DNA from: Escherichia phage IMM-001
Sequence record: MF630922.1
Length of the DNA: 32,486 nucleotides
Strand: one strand, 5' to 3'
Both the position numbers and the translations under genes were made by a program. Numbering within the stretch: position 1 is the first letter of the stretch; every line of letters begins with the position of its first letter. The notes under the pieces are model-generated. The model saw only the letters and a list, made by a program, of their open reading frames with translations, did not search any database and was not told where the DNA came from. This document shows positions 1-7,753 of this stretch, one piece after another.

Positions 1-40
1 TATAGCAATATTGCATCGAATGTAATGGTGTTTTTGATTG

Positions 41-55
41 TTGCAGAATTTGCAA
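41..55 (+). repeat. 5-5-5 inverted repeat TTGCA-gaatt-TGCAA inside element TTGATTGTTGCAG, also present at 32444..32464
   Basis: Direct reading at both window edges. Confidence 0.5.
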
Positions 56-228
56 TTATTGATGTGTTAGTGAATGAATGTTGGAAGAACTACCATACAA
101 GTTGATTTTGATTCTGGCTGAGCCATTTTACGGTATACGTGTAACTTCTGTATATTCATTGTAGTCACAAAAGTAAGTGACCACTAACATACGTTTTTAC
201 GCGAAATATACACGCCATATACAATATA

Positions 229-297
229 ATATCTATATATATCAACCTTTTACTATATTATTATTATTATTATTATATATATGTATACTGTGTATAC
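229..297 (+). repeat. AT-rich ~65-bp repeat, copy A, containing (TTA)6 microsatellite at 258..275
   Basis: Core atatctatatatatcaaccttttact + (TTA)n + tactgtgtata is shared with 27746..27806; lies in the 574-bp ORF-free leader region. Confidence 0.8.
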
Positions 298-340
298 CGC
301 TCATAGATTAAATAGTTGATATATTCCTCTGTGATATTCT

Positions 341-375
341 GACACTTGTCAGAATTGGATGACGCTTGTCAGAAT
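341..375 (+). promoter_or_regulatory. Two tandem operator-like elements gacacttgtcagaat / gacgcttgtcagaat spaced 20 bp; first is a 6-2-6 palindrome CTGACA-CT-TGTCAG
   Basis: Direct reading; intergenic; function unknown. Confidence 0.4.
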
Positions 376-574
376 AAAAAGGCACATATATAGGAAATCA
401 CATCAAAAAACTGTACACAGCGGATACGGCAAGGTTACATCCAGTAATGTCGTGGCTTTGGAGACTGAAAAGTGTATCAATGATAAAATATACTAAAATA
501 TACATTGACCGACACGTAAATCTCTGGCACTGTGGTAATCACTGAAACGCAGTACACAACAACGAGGCATTGAA

Positions 575-1123
575 ATGCAGAAAGTAACACTTGGTGAAGT
601 CATCCGTGAGATGGTGCGAAAGGCAATCGAATCGGAAAGTGGTGAGTTTAAGGTTCCGGTCAGCCAGATATTCAAAATGATTCGTGGGAAACCGTACCCG
701 GAAATGGAGTATGACGGCGAGACCGATGAGATATTGAATCTGGCAGACAGGTCATTACCGGAGCTTAAGAACTCATATATCTACAATACTGTATCGCGAA
801 TGACAGAGTTACGAGACGCAAATAAGAGGGCGCGATACAAGTTTATCTGGATTGATGACGAAGGGGAGCAGACAAGCGCAAGGCAATTTGATGGCGACGG
901 CGCTGACAAGCACCTGGTTATATATATTGAGAACGGTGCGCACTGGACTGGTAATCGAGAGAAGAAGAAACAGGAAGCTGAGAAGGAAGCGGCTACCATT
1001 GAGAAATTCAAGAAACGACTTTTGGCAGTCACTCCGAGCATTATCCACCTTAGCGGCGAAAAGCTTGAAGGTGCTCTGTTCGCGCTATCAGCATACCAGG
1101 AAATGATTAAGGAAGCCAAATAG
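575..1123 (+). CDS. hypothetical early protein (182 aa)
   Basis: First long ORF after regulatory region; ATG 575 preceded by aacgagg; no recognisable motif. Confidence 0.5.
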   Translation: MQKVTLGEVIREMVRKAIESESGEFKVPVSQIFKMIRGKPYPEMEYDGETDEILNLADRSLPELKNSYIYNTVSRMTELRDANKRARYKFIWIDDEGEQTSARQFDGDGADKHLVIYIENGAHWTGNREKKKQEAEKEAATIEKFKKRLLAVTPSIIHLSGEKLEGALFALSAYQEMIKEAK

Positions 1124-1224
1124 CATGTATGGCAGTAGACTACCATACCACTTGCGGTACGGTGAGGAAGAGGTTGAGGTGGCGATGGAGTTCTATCGGA
1201 AAGCTAAATAACTCCTGAGTGGAA

Positions 1225-1269
1225 AATAGCACTTTTTGCCTAACGCTATAACGCCATGGATGGCATAAT
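1225..1269 (+). promoter_or_regulatory. Conserved IR promoter-like cassette copy 1 (AATAGCAC-ttt-TTGCCTAA, 22-nt spacer, CATAAT)
   Basis: Member of 9-copy motif family; followed by conserved leader caccacatcaacagcgagatgg. Confidence 0.55.
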
Positions 1270-1306
1270 CACCACATCAACAGCGAGATGGAGTACAAAG
1301 ATAAAA

Positions 1307-1543
1307 ATGGCACACCAAATTGAAGTTATGAGTGAAATTAATGACCTATTACTTACATTGGTTAAGATTATTGACAGACCAGTAGTGAGTTACTTAGTTG
1401 GTTTTGAAGAGATATTTATCGAGTTTTACAAGCAACCAAATAGCCCTTGCTTTGGTGTAGTTAGTGAGACTTACAGATTCAAAAGTTGCAGCGAACTAAG
1501 AGATTGCGTCAACAGTTTAACCAGTAGCACCACTGATTGCTAA
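1307..1543 (+). CDS. hypothetical small protein (78 aa); start moved to internal ATG downstream of the promoter-like cassette
   Basis: ORF-track start 1256 lies inside the -10-like element; the 5' extension is conserved at nucleotide, not protein, level. Confidence 0.4.
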   Translation: MAHQIEVMSEINDLLLTLVKIIDRPVVSYLVGFEEIFIEFYKQPNSPCFGVVSETYRFKSCSELRDCVNSLTSSTTDC

Positions 1544-1599
1544 ACCTGCCGCAAGGCCATTTGATATAGTGGCCTTATTGAAGCAAAGCAAAAGAGGGT

Positions 1600-1833
1600 G
1601 TGATGGAAAGGAACAAATACGAAAGAGAGATTATCGGCATTAATGGCGAGAGGGCTATTGTTGATGTGTATCGCACGCTATCAGCATTCAGTGTTACAGA
1701 CCCAGCATGTCAGCATGCTATCAAAAAGCTGCTCTGCATGGGTTTGCGTGGCCACAAGGATGTCATTACTGACCTTGATGACGCGATAGACTCGCTAAAT
1801 AAGATGAAAACTTACCTGGAGCAAACGAAATGA
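1600..1833 (+). CDS. hypothetical protein (77 aa)
   Basis: ORF with 4-nt ATGA overlap to next gene. Confidence 0.45.
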   Translation: MMERNKYEREIIGINGERAIVDVYRTLSAFSVTDPACQHAIKKLLCMGLRGHKDVITDLDDAIDSLNKMKTYLEQTK

Positions 1834-2132
1834 TTACAATTAACCTGTCAGACAAGCAAGCCGCAACTCTTAAGCAGCTACTATCAAGCCAGCCAATGCG
1901 GTGCTCAGCGGTCGAGTTCTCAGGGATGGTCAAAGATGTTTGCACTCAAATCAGCAACCAGCAGTTCGATGTGTCAGACTTTGAGTCATCAAGGCAGTAT
2001 GAGTCACTGTCAATCGAGAGTGTTGGCCTCACCCAAAAAACCGAGCTATATAAAAGTATAGGGTGGATTATAAAGGAAAGCTCTCAGAATGAAGGATACC
2101 TAACTAACTGGGATGATGAGACTAATAAATGA
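1830..2132 (+). CDS. hypothetical protein (100 aa)
   Basis: ORF in translationally coupled chain. Confidence 0.45.
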   Translation: MITINLSDKQAATLKQLLSSQPMRCSAVEFSGMVKDVCTQISNQQFDVSDFESSRQYESLSIESVGLTQKTELYKSIGWIIKESSQNEGYLTNWDDETNK

Positions 2133-2275
2133 TTTACATTCACACTTATTACACAGGTAAGTTTAATAGCGTTAAGCATGTTCGGGTTTATGAGGACATT
2201 GATGAGGTTTTGGGCCAGTGTCGTGTTCTGGGAGGTGACATTAAGATTTGCAGGTTGATTCAAGTGATTTTATAA
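2129..2275 (+). CDS. hypothetical small protein (48 aa, below ORF-track threshold)
   Basis: ATG overlaps upstream stop; own stop overlaps motif copy 2. Confidence 0.3.
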   Translation: MIYIHTYYTGKFNSVKHVRVYEDIDEVLGQCRVLGGDIKICRLIQVIL

Positions 2276-2319
2276 ATAGCACGAATTGCTAAACAATCGC
2301 CGGAGCAATCCGGCATGAT
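2275..2319 (+). promoter_or_regulatory. Conserved IR promoter-like cassette copy 2 (AATAGCAC-gaa-TTGCTAAA, 22 nt, CATGAT)
   Basis: Motif family; leader aacacatcgacaacgagatgg follows. Confidence 0.55.
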
Positions 2320-2350
2320 TAACACATCGACAACGAGATGGAGTAGAGAG

Positions 2351-2560
2351 ATGAAGGTCAAGATTATTGAAGTTGGCATTGCTGTAGATGACGAGCTAAG
2401 CCTTGCGGATTGCGGTTTCCAGGTTGGTGATGTGGTGGAGGTTTCCGGTCAGTACAAAGATGGAAACTTATCAGTTAAGGCGATTCGTGAAACAAATTTC
2501 GTATCAATCGGAAATGAAGTCAGCATCCAGGAAGGCGAATACGAGGTGATTGAGGAATGA
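2351..2560 (+). CDS. hypothetical small protein (69 aa)
   Basis: Internal ATG with GGAG upstream; ORF-track start 2315 lies in the promoter-like element. Confidence 0.4.
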   Translation: MKVKIIEVGIAVDDELSLADCGFQVGDVVEVSGQYKDGNLSVKAIRETNFVSIGNEVSIQEGEYEVIEE

Positions 2561-2736
2561 AATTCAAGCAAAGTAACCCTAAGCTGCAAGCCAACCACTT
2601 CGATGGCTACTCAACATTCATTATTGCACAGGCTTGCGGAATGCGTGATGAACCTCAGGTTCACACCATCCACTTAACCGAGGAGCAGGCTAGAGAACTC
2701 GCTTATGAAATTCTTGAGCAATTGAATAAGATTTAA
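2557..2736 (+). CDS. hypothetical small protein (59 aa, below threshold)
   Basis: ATGA overlap with upstream stop; ends just before the RBS of the HNH gene. Confidence 0.35.
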   Translation: MKFKQSNPKLQANHFDGYSTFIIAQACGMRDEPQVHTIHLTEEQARELAYEILEQLNKI

Positions 2737-2745
2737 GGTGATAGA

Positions 2746-3111
2746 ATGAAATTAACAAAGTTACAAAGAGATGAACTAAAGTTTAAGCTAGGTGGATTCT
2801 GCGCATACTGCGGCTGCGAACTCGGTGATAAGTGGCATGCTGACCATATGAAGCCAGTAATCAGGTATGATGGTAAAATGGTGCACGATGAGCTTGATAA
2901 TATTTCGAACCTTGTCCCGGCGTGCCACGCTTGCAATCTGCATAAGCACTGCAATAGTGTGGAGGATTACCGGAGAATTATTGACGATGGTAGGCGGGAG
3001 TTTTTGGCATCCGGCAAGGGTAAGGCGCTCGTTCGCATGGGGCTGGTTGATATGAAGATGGATGATATTGTGTTCTGGTTCGAGAAGTTTGAGAAATTGA
3101 ATAAGATTTAA
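2746..3111 (+). CDS. HNH endonuclease (121 aa)
   Basis: Cys pairs CAYCGC and CHACNLHKHC with HADH...N...H spacing typical of HNH nucleases; RBS aaggtg. Confidence 0.8.
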   Translation: MKLTKLQRDELKFKLGGFCAYCGCELGDKWHADHMKPVIRYDGKMVHDELDNISNLVPACHACNLHKHCNSVEDYRRIIDDGRREFLASGKGKALVRMGLVDMKMDDIVFWFEKFEKLNKI

Positions 3112-3588
3112 CGCGTATAGAACGCGTTCTAACTAACAATAATTTAAATGAGGTGATTGCATAATCAAGGTCGTATACATCGGTGAGGATGATTATATGG
3201 CGCTTTTAAAGCACGGCGACGTCTTCTGTTCATGGACTGTTAGTAGTGATGGTAACTATTACATTATTCAAAATAAGAATGGAGAGGAAATTTACCTCTC
3301 GAAAGATGAGGTAGCACTTTACTAATGGATAACTACGAATCACCAAGCCAGTGGGCTAAGCGCATGATGGATGAGGCTAAGACTGGCGAAGAGTCAATGC
3401 AATACTTCGAGCTAATGAATCTATGGAAAGAGCGGGAGGATAAGAAAAATGCTTAACACGTGCTTTTTCCGAACTATCAGGAGTTTGTTGAGGATTTAAT
3501 TTACTTTCACGATAAATACGGCGACACGTTTGAGTGCGACGGTGATAACAACGAAGTTTTAGCAACTTTTGATAGAGGGATCGATGTA

Positions 3589-3633
3589 AATAGCACAAAT
3601 TGCTAAACAAGAGTGGCAAGGATGTCATATAAT
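3589..3633 (+). promoter_or_regulatory. Conserved IR promoter-like cassette copy 3 (AATAGCAC-aaa-TTGCTAAA, 22 nt, TATAAT)
   Basis: Motif family; leader ttcatcaaacaacgagatgg follows. Confidence 0.6.
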
Positions 3634-3662
3634 TAATTCATCAAACAACGAGATGGTAGAAA

Positions 3663-3902
3663 ATGTTCGGATTAAACGAGGCGCATTTCAATGCGGTCAA
3701 GAAGCAGGCTAAAAAGCTTAACGATGATTACTCTAAGTTATCACCAAAAGAGCGAAAGAATGACAAGCTAGTTGCTGCGCTAATATCAGGTTTATGGGAG
3801 CCAGTATTTACTATTATCAGTCGAGACCGCTTCGTTTGGGTGGCTGGATATTTGAAGGGTCGCGTTGGCCATGATGAGAATGGGAATAGCCTTTATGAAT
3901 AA
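3663..3902 (+). CDS. hypothetical protein (79 aa)
   Basis: ORF downstream of cassette copy 3. Confidence 0.45.
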   Translation: MFGLNEAHFNAVKKQAKKLNDDYSKLSPKERKNDKLVAALISGLWEPVFTIISRDRFVWVAGYLKGRVGHDENGNSLYE

Positions 3903-4134
3903 GATTAAGTCATTAATGTTTAAGGTTGGAATCCTACATAAGCATAAATATAGATTATTTCGACGCATAAATTGGTATGAGGACGAATATCAGGATGGGT
4001 GCAGGACAAAACTAATCTGTACAGTTTGCGGGAAGATTTTTAACTCAAAGGTTGACCTAATGGTTTGCAAAAGCACGCTGGATTTCATTAGATATGAAAA
4101 AGAGATTGCATCACTTAGGGGTTTTAATGGATAA
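3895..4134 (+). CDS. hypothetical Cys-rich small protein (79 aa), possible zinc ribbon
   Basis: Internal ATG 3895 overlapping upstream stop; CRTKLICTVCGKIF...C cysteine pattern. Confidence 0.4.
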   Translation: MNKIKSLMFKVGILHKHKYRLFRRINWYEDEYQDGCRTKLICTVCGKIFNSKVDLMVCKSTLDFIRYEKEIASLRGFNG

Positions 4135-4426
4135 GTTTATTGAATGCGTAGTATACACCTTATGCATCACTCTCGTTTTTTGCTCATTGATGATTAGCTT
4201 TGGTGTGCTGTTTAGAATCATTTAGGACAAAATCCTTGCATCACTGACCGGAAAGTATTAGTATGTACCTAGTAGCACAAAAGGCCACTAAGTGGCAACG
4301 GCGCACGGAGCGAAACACAAAGTCCATAGCTCACTAAGCAGCGTACATGGCAAAATCGGTCGAGAAACTCGACGCTGGATGCGTAACCAGCAATCTTTCA
4401 ATAGCGAAATCGCTACTTAAAGATTT

Positions 4427-4502
4427 GTTCTGCTGGCGTAACAGGATAACGCAAAGACCTCCTAAGTCTTAGTTACTGGTTCGAGTCCAGTGCGGAACAC
4501 CA
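4427..4502 (+). tRNA. tRNA-Arg, anticodon CCU (reads AGG), 76 nt with encoded CCA
   Basis: Hand-folded cloverleaf: acceptor gttctgc/gcggaac with one G-U, D stem gcgt/acgc, anticodon stem aagac/gtctt, loop ctCCTaa, variable agtt, T stem actgg/ccagt, T loop ttcgagt, discriminator A. Confidence 0.85.
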
Positions 4503-4518
4503 ATTAAGGAGATTCATT

Positions 4519-4701
4519 ATGTGGGACGTTAAGCTTTCAATCCGCTTAATGGGTCGAAGCTGTAAGAATTGCCAGCAAGAATTTATCGCGTCGGTTGCCG
4601 CTGAGTCCTCAGAGGAAGCGGTAGCGAAAGTTAAGGTAATGTCGGGAGCCGACCCTGATTACCACAAATTCCTAGTAGCTTACGTTCGTGAGCGAAAGTA
4701 A
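4519..4701 (+). CDS. hypothetical small protein (60 aa)
   Basis: Strong RBS aaggag 7 nt upstream, immediately after the tRNA. Confidence 0.5.
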   Translation: MWDVKLSIRLMGRSCKNCQQEFIASVAAESSEEAVAKVKVMSGADPDYHKFLVAYVRERK

Positions 4702-4754
4702 AAGAAGTTCTACTCTCTGGTTGTTTCATCTCTCTCGTTGTTGTTCGACACTTC

Positions 4755-4778
4755 GCTCTCTTCTTGAGGGCTTTTTTA
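4755..4778 (+). terminator. Rho-independent terminator
   Basis: Stem gctctc/gagggc (one G-U), loop ttctt, then T6. Confidence 0.6.
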
Positions 4779-4787
4779 GTGTTTGTG

Positions 4788-4816
4788 TTGACAATAATCA
4801 ACGGGTGCATTAGCAT
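4788..4816 (+). promoter_or_regulatory. Sigma70-like promoter (TTGACA, 17 nt, TAGCAT)
   Basis: Perfect -35 hexamer, weaker -10; upstream of 4858 gene. Confidence 0.45.
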
Positions 4817-4857
4817 TAACTCATCTGGGCGACCCACTAACCAGAAGGAGATTTAAA

Positions 4858-5061
4858 ATGATGACATTAAAAGCAGTATACAAAGACGGCAGCGAGCAGA
4901 TTATTGAAGTTAAAAGAGTTGGCTACGTGCAAGGTTCTCGACTTGTTGACTTCGTTGATTGCGATGGTCCAGGTCAGTTCTTCATGGAGGACCGAGTATT
5001 GTCAGTTTATGTGATGAATTCAGCCGGCAGCACCGTTGGGAAATACCAGCTAGCGGATTGA
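4858..5061 (+). CDS. hypothetical small protein (67 aa)
   Basis: RBS aaggag; followed by terminator. Confidence 0.5.
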   Translation: MMTLKAVYKDGSEQIIEVKRVGYVQGSRLVDFVDCDGPGQFFMEDRVLSVYVMNSAGSTVGKYQLAD

Positions 5062-5071
5062 GTTGCTATCA

Positions 5072-5095
5072 AGCCCCTTAATTGGGGCTTTTTTA
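5072..5095 (+). terminator. Rho-independent terminator
   Basis: agcccc-ttaatt-ggggct then T6. Confidence 0.7.
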
Positions 5096-5106
5096 CGTCT
5101 GCAATA

Positions 5107-5115
5107 TGCTATAAT
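5107..5115 (+). promoter_or_regulatory. Extended -10 promoter element (TGcTATAAT) upstream of terminase genes
   Basis: TGn + TATAAT 27 nt upstream of the terS-like start; no clear -35. Confidence 0.35.
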
Positions 5116-5142
5116 GCTAACCTGAACAAAAGGAGGACGAAA

Positions 5143-5667
5143 ATGAAAGACGAAAACTTCAGCAGCACAGCACAAGAAAAGGTTAGCTCTGGAAACTTTA
5201 AAGCCATGTACAACAAAAAGTATTCTGACATTACAACGCTAGCCAAGAACCGAATTATGACACCAGAGCAGCTATTTGACATTGCTGTGAAATACTTCTC
5301 TTGGGCAGAAGACCAGGCAATCAAGGCAATTGAAACCGCTAGCTTCCAGGGTGTTGTCACTGAAAACCTGGTGCACAAGCCTAGAGTATTCACGCTAACT
5401 GGATTCTGCCTTTACTGCGGCGTCACCCATAGCGCCATCGAAAAATGGAGGAAGTCTGCTGGTTATGACGAGGTAATTGCGTTCATTGATTCCGTTATTC
5501 GTGAGCAGAAATACCAGCTAGCAGCATCTGGCATTGTTAACCCAGGCATGATTTCCAAAGAACTTGGCATCGACAAGCCACAGGAGATTAACATCACCAG
5601 CACATCTTCAGCTAATGACGTCGACACAATGAAAGAAGCGCTGGAGTCGGTAATTAGTAAACTGTAA
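5143..5667 (+). CDS. putative terminase small subunit (174 aa)
   Basis: Position directly upstream of large terminase, size, RBS aaaggagg; no motif check possible. Confidence 0.5.
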   Translation: MKDENFSSTAQEKVSSGNFKAMYNKKYSDITTLAKNRIMTPEQLFDIAVKYFSWAEDQAIKAIETASFQGVVTENLVHKPRVFTLTGFCLYCGVTHSAIEKWRKSAGYDEVIAFIDSVIREQKYQLAASGIVNPGMISKELGIDKPQEINITSTSSANDVDTMKEALESVISKL

Positions 5668-5683
5668 GAATGGAGAGAGTAGA

Positions 5684-7252
5684 ATGTCTAATTTAGTTTG
5701 GGAGGAAATGACGTCAGCCGAAAAGATGGCGGTTAAGGCAATATCAACTCATAGCTTTGAGGGTTTTCTGAGGGTGTGGTTCCAACTGACACAGGGCGAG
5801 CGGTACATCCCAAACTGGCATCATAAATACCTTTGCAGGATAATTGACGAGATTATCGCTGGTGAGCGTAAGGACACCATCATTAACGTCGCTCCCGGTA
5901 GTGGAAAGACAGAAATTGCCTCAATCCACTTTCCAGCATACTCGATGGTTAAGCTGAAGAAGGTCAGGAACCTTAACATATCGTTTGCCGACTCACTGGT
6001 TAAGCGTAACTCCAAGCGAGTGCGTGACTTAATTAAGTCGGTTGAGTTCCAGGAGTTATTCCCATGCAAGTTTGGCACATGCAAGGATGATGAGCTACAG
6101 GTTCTGGATGAGTCTGGCAAAGTACGGTTTGAGTCAATCTCCAAGGCTGCTGGAGGCCAAATCACCGGCGCGAGGGGCGGCTATATAACCGATTCATATA
6201 GTGGCGCGGTTCTGTTAGATGATTTTGACAAACCAGCCGATATGCTTTCTGCCGTGTTCCGCGCAAACAATCACGTGATGCTAAAGAACACCATCCGCTC
6301 TCGTAGGGCTAGCTCAGTTAAAGGTAAAGCAACTCCGATTATCTCTATTCAGCAGCGACTTCACGTCAACGATAGCACGTGGTTCATGATGAATGGAGGT
6401 ATGGGTATCAGCTTCGATTTGATTAAGATACCAGCGCTAGTAACTGAAGATTACGTGGATACACTTCCTGACTGGATTAAGCAGCAATTCATTGATGACG
6501 TTCTATCAAGCGAATATATTGAGCGTGACGGCGTGAAATATTACAGCTACTTCCCAGAAAAGGAGTCGGTTAACGACCTGGTAGCAATGTGGGATTCAGA
6601 CAGCTATACATTCCTTAGCCAGTATCAGCAGGAGCCTGTAGCGCTTGGTGGTAATCTGATTAATGTAGAATGGCTCCAGCGCATTAGCGACACTCTGCGA
6701 CCGCCAGCTAAGTATGATTACAGATTCATGACTCTTGATACCGCCATGACAACAAAGTCATACAGCGACTTTAGTGTACTGCAACTTTGGGGTTATAAGG
6801 ATGGGAAGATTTACCTGCTTGACCAGCGACGAGGTAAGTTTGAAGCGCCGGAGCTAGAGGCTGAGTTATTGGATTTCGAGAAGATAGCAAGGGCATCCAA
6901 TCAGACAGATGGTATCCTTCGTAAAATCATCATCGAGAAGAAAGCCTCTGGCATCGGGCTGATTCAATCGGTAGGTAGGGTTATGCGGACACCAATCGAG
7001 CCATATGTGCCAGATAACGACAAGCTAACTCGCGTAATGAGTGCACTGCCTCAGATTAAGGCTGGTAACGTTATCCTGCCTGAGTCTGCAACATGGCTAA
7101 ACGGATTACTAACGGAGATTGCGGCATTCACGGCAGATGACTCGCATGTTCATGATGACCAGATTGACTGTTTAACTATGGCTGTCAACCTTGTTCTAAA
7201 CATTGCAGAGGATCCTAAATCAAGGATGATGAGATTAGCAGGAATCAAATAG
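5684..7252 (+). CDS. terL: terminase large subunit (522 aa)
   Basis: Walker A-like VAPGSGKTE near N-terminus, size and position before portal. Confidence 0.88.
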   Translation: MSNLVWEEMTSAEKMAVKAISTHSFEGFLRVWFQLTQGERYIPNWHHKYLCRIIDEIIAGERKDTIINVAPGSGKTEIASIHFPAYSMVKLKKVRNLNISFADSLVKRNSKRVRDLIKSVEFQELFPCKFGTCKDDELQVLDESGKVRFESISKAAGGQITGARGGYITDSYSGAVLLDDFDKPADMLSAVFRANNHVMLKNTIRSRRASSVKGKATPIISIQQRLHVNDSTWFMMNGGMGISFDLIKIPALVTEDYVDTLPDWIKQQFIDDVLSSEYIERDGVKYYSYFPEKESVNDLVAMWDSDSYTFLSQYQQEPVALGGNLINVEWLQRISDTLRPPAKYDYRFMTLDTAMTTKSYSDFSVLQLWGYKDGKIYLLDQRRGKFEAPELEAELLDFEKIARASNQTDGILRKIIIEKKASGIGLIQSVGRVMRTPIEPYVPDNDKLTRVMSALPQIKAGNVILPESATWLNGLLTEIAAFTADDSHVHDDQIDCLTMAVNLVLNIAEDPKSRMMRLAGIK

Positions 7253-7293
7253 CACTTTTTGCTAAAGACACTCCGCCATTGGTGGCGTATAGT
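7248..7293 (+). promoter_or_regulatory. Conserved IR promoter-like cassette copy 4 (AATAGCAC-ttt-TTGCTAAA, 23 nt, TATAGT), overlapping the terL stop
   Basis: Motif family. Confidence 0.55.
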
Positions 7294-7323
7294 TACCTCA
7301 CGCAAACAAGAGGAGAAAGTACA

Positions 7324-7696
7324 AGTGGCAACCAAATTAAAAGCTGTATATCTTGGCAACGAAGATGGAGAGTATCGTGGTTTCACCGTAGGAAATGAAT
7401 ATGAGGTTGGTAATTACATAGCTGAAAATGACTGCTTCGGTTCTTTTGATGATGATGGTTGTTATCTTTACATCAATAACGGAGCATTCCACAAGTTTCG
7501 AATCCACGATGAGAATGGCTACCTCAATTTAAAAACACAAGATGAATTTATCAGCAAAGAAAAGCAGTTAAAATACTACATCAATGGCGACGCTGTCACA
7601 AAATGTAAGTTCAATGACGTGCTGCTATGCGTAATGGGATTTCAGTCTGATGGGATTGACGCATCATCAATCAAGTTCGAAGTAAAATTCGAGTAA
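7324..7696 (+). CDS. hypothetical protein (124 aa from GTG 7324), moron-like between terminase and portal
   Basis: RBS gaggag before GTG; ORF-track ATG 7259 lies inside the promoter-like motif; flanked by cassette copy 4 and terminator. Confidence 0.45.
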
Positions 7697-7718
7697 CCAT
7701 AAAAGCTATGTTAAACTA

Positions 7719-7742
7719 AGCCCCTAACGGGGCTTTTTTATT
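7719..7742 (+). terminator. Rho-independent terminator
   Basis: agcccc-taac-ggggct then T7. Confidence 0.7.
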
Positions 7743-7753
7743 GGAGCAAGAAA

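Noticed and set aside
341-355. Possible LexA box at CTGACACTTGTCAG
   Set aside because: The CTG/CAG arms are separated by 8 nt rather than the 10 nt of the LexA consensus CTGT-N8-ACAG.
1256-2350. N-terminal extensions of ORFs 1256 and 2315 (and the sub-threshold ORF at 29784) sharing the peptide TSTTRW
   Set aside because: The shared residues are encoded by the conserved promoter/leader element, and the -10-like hexamer lies inside these extensions, so starts were moved to the downstream ATG.
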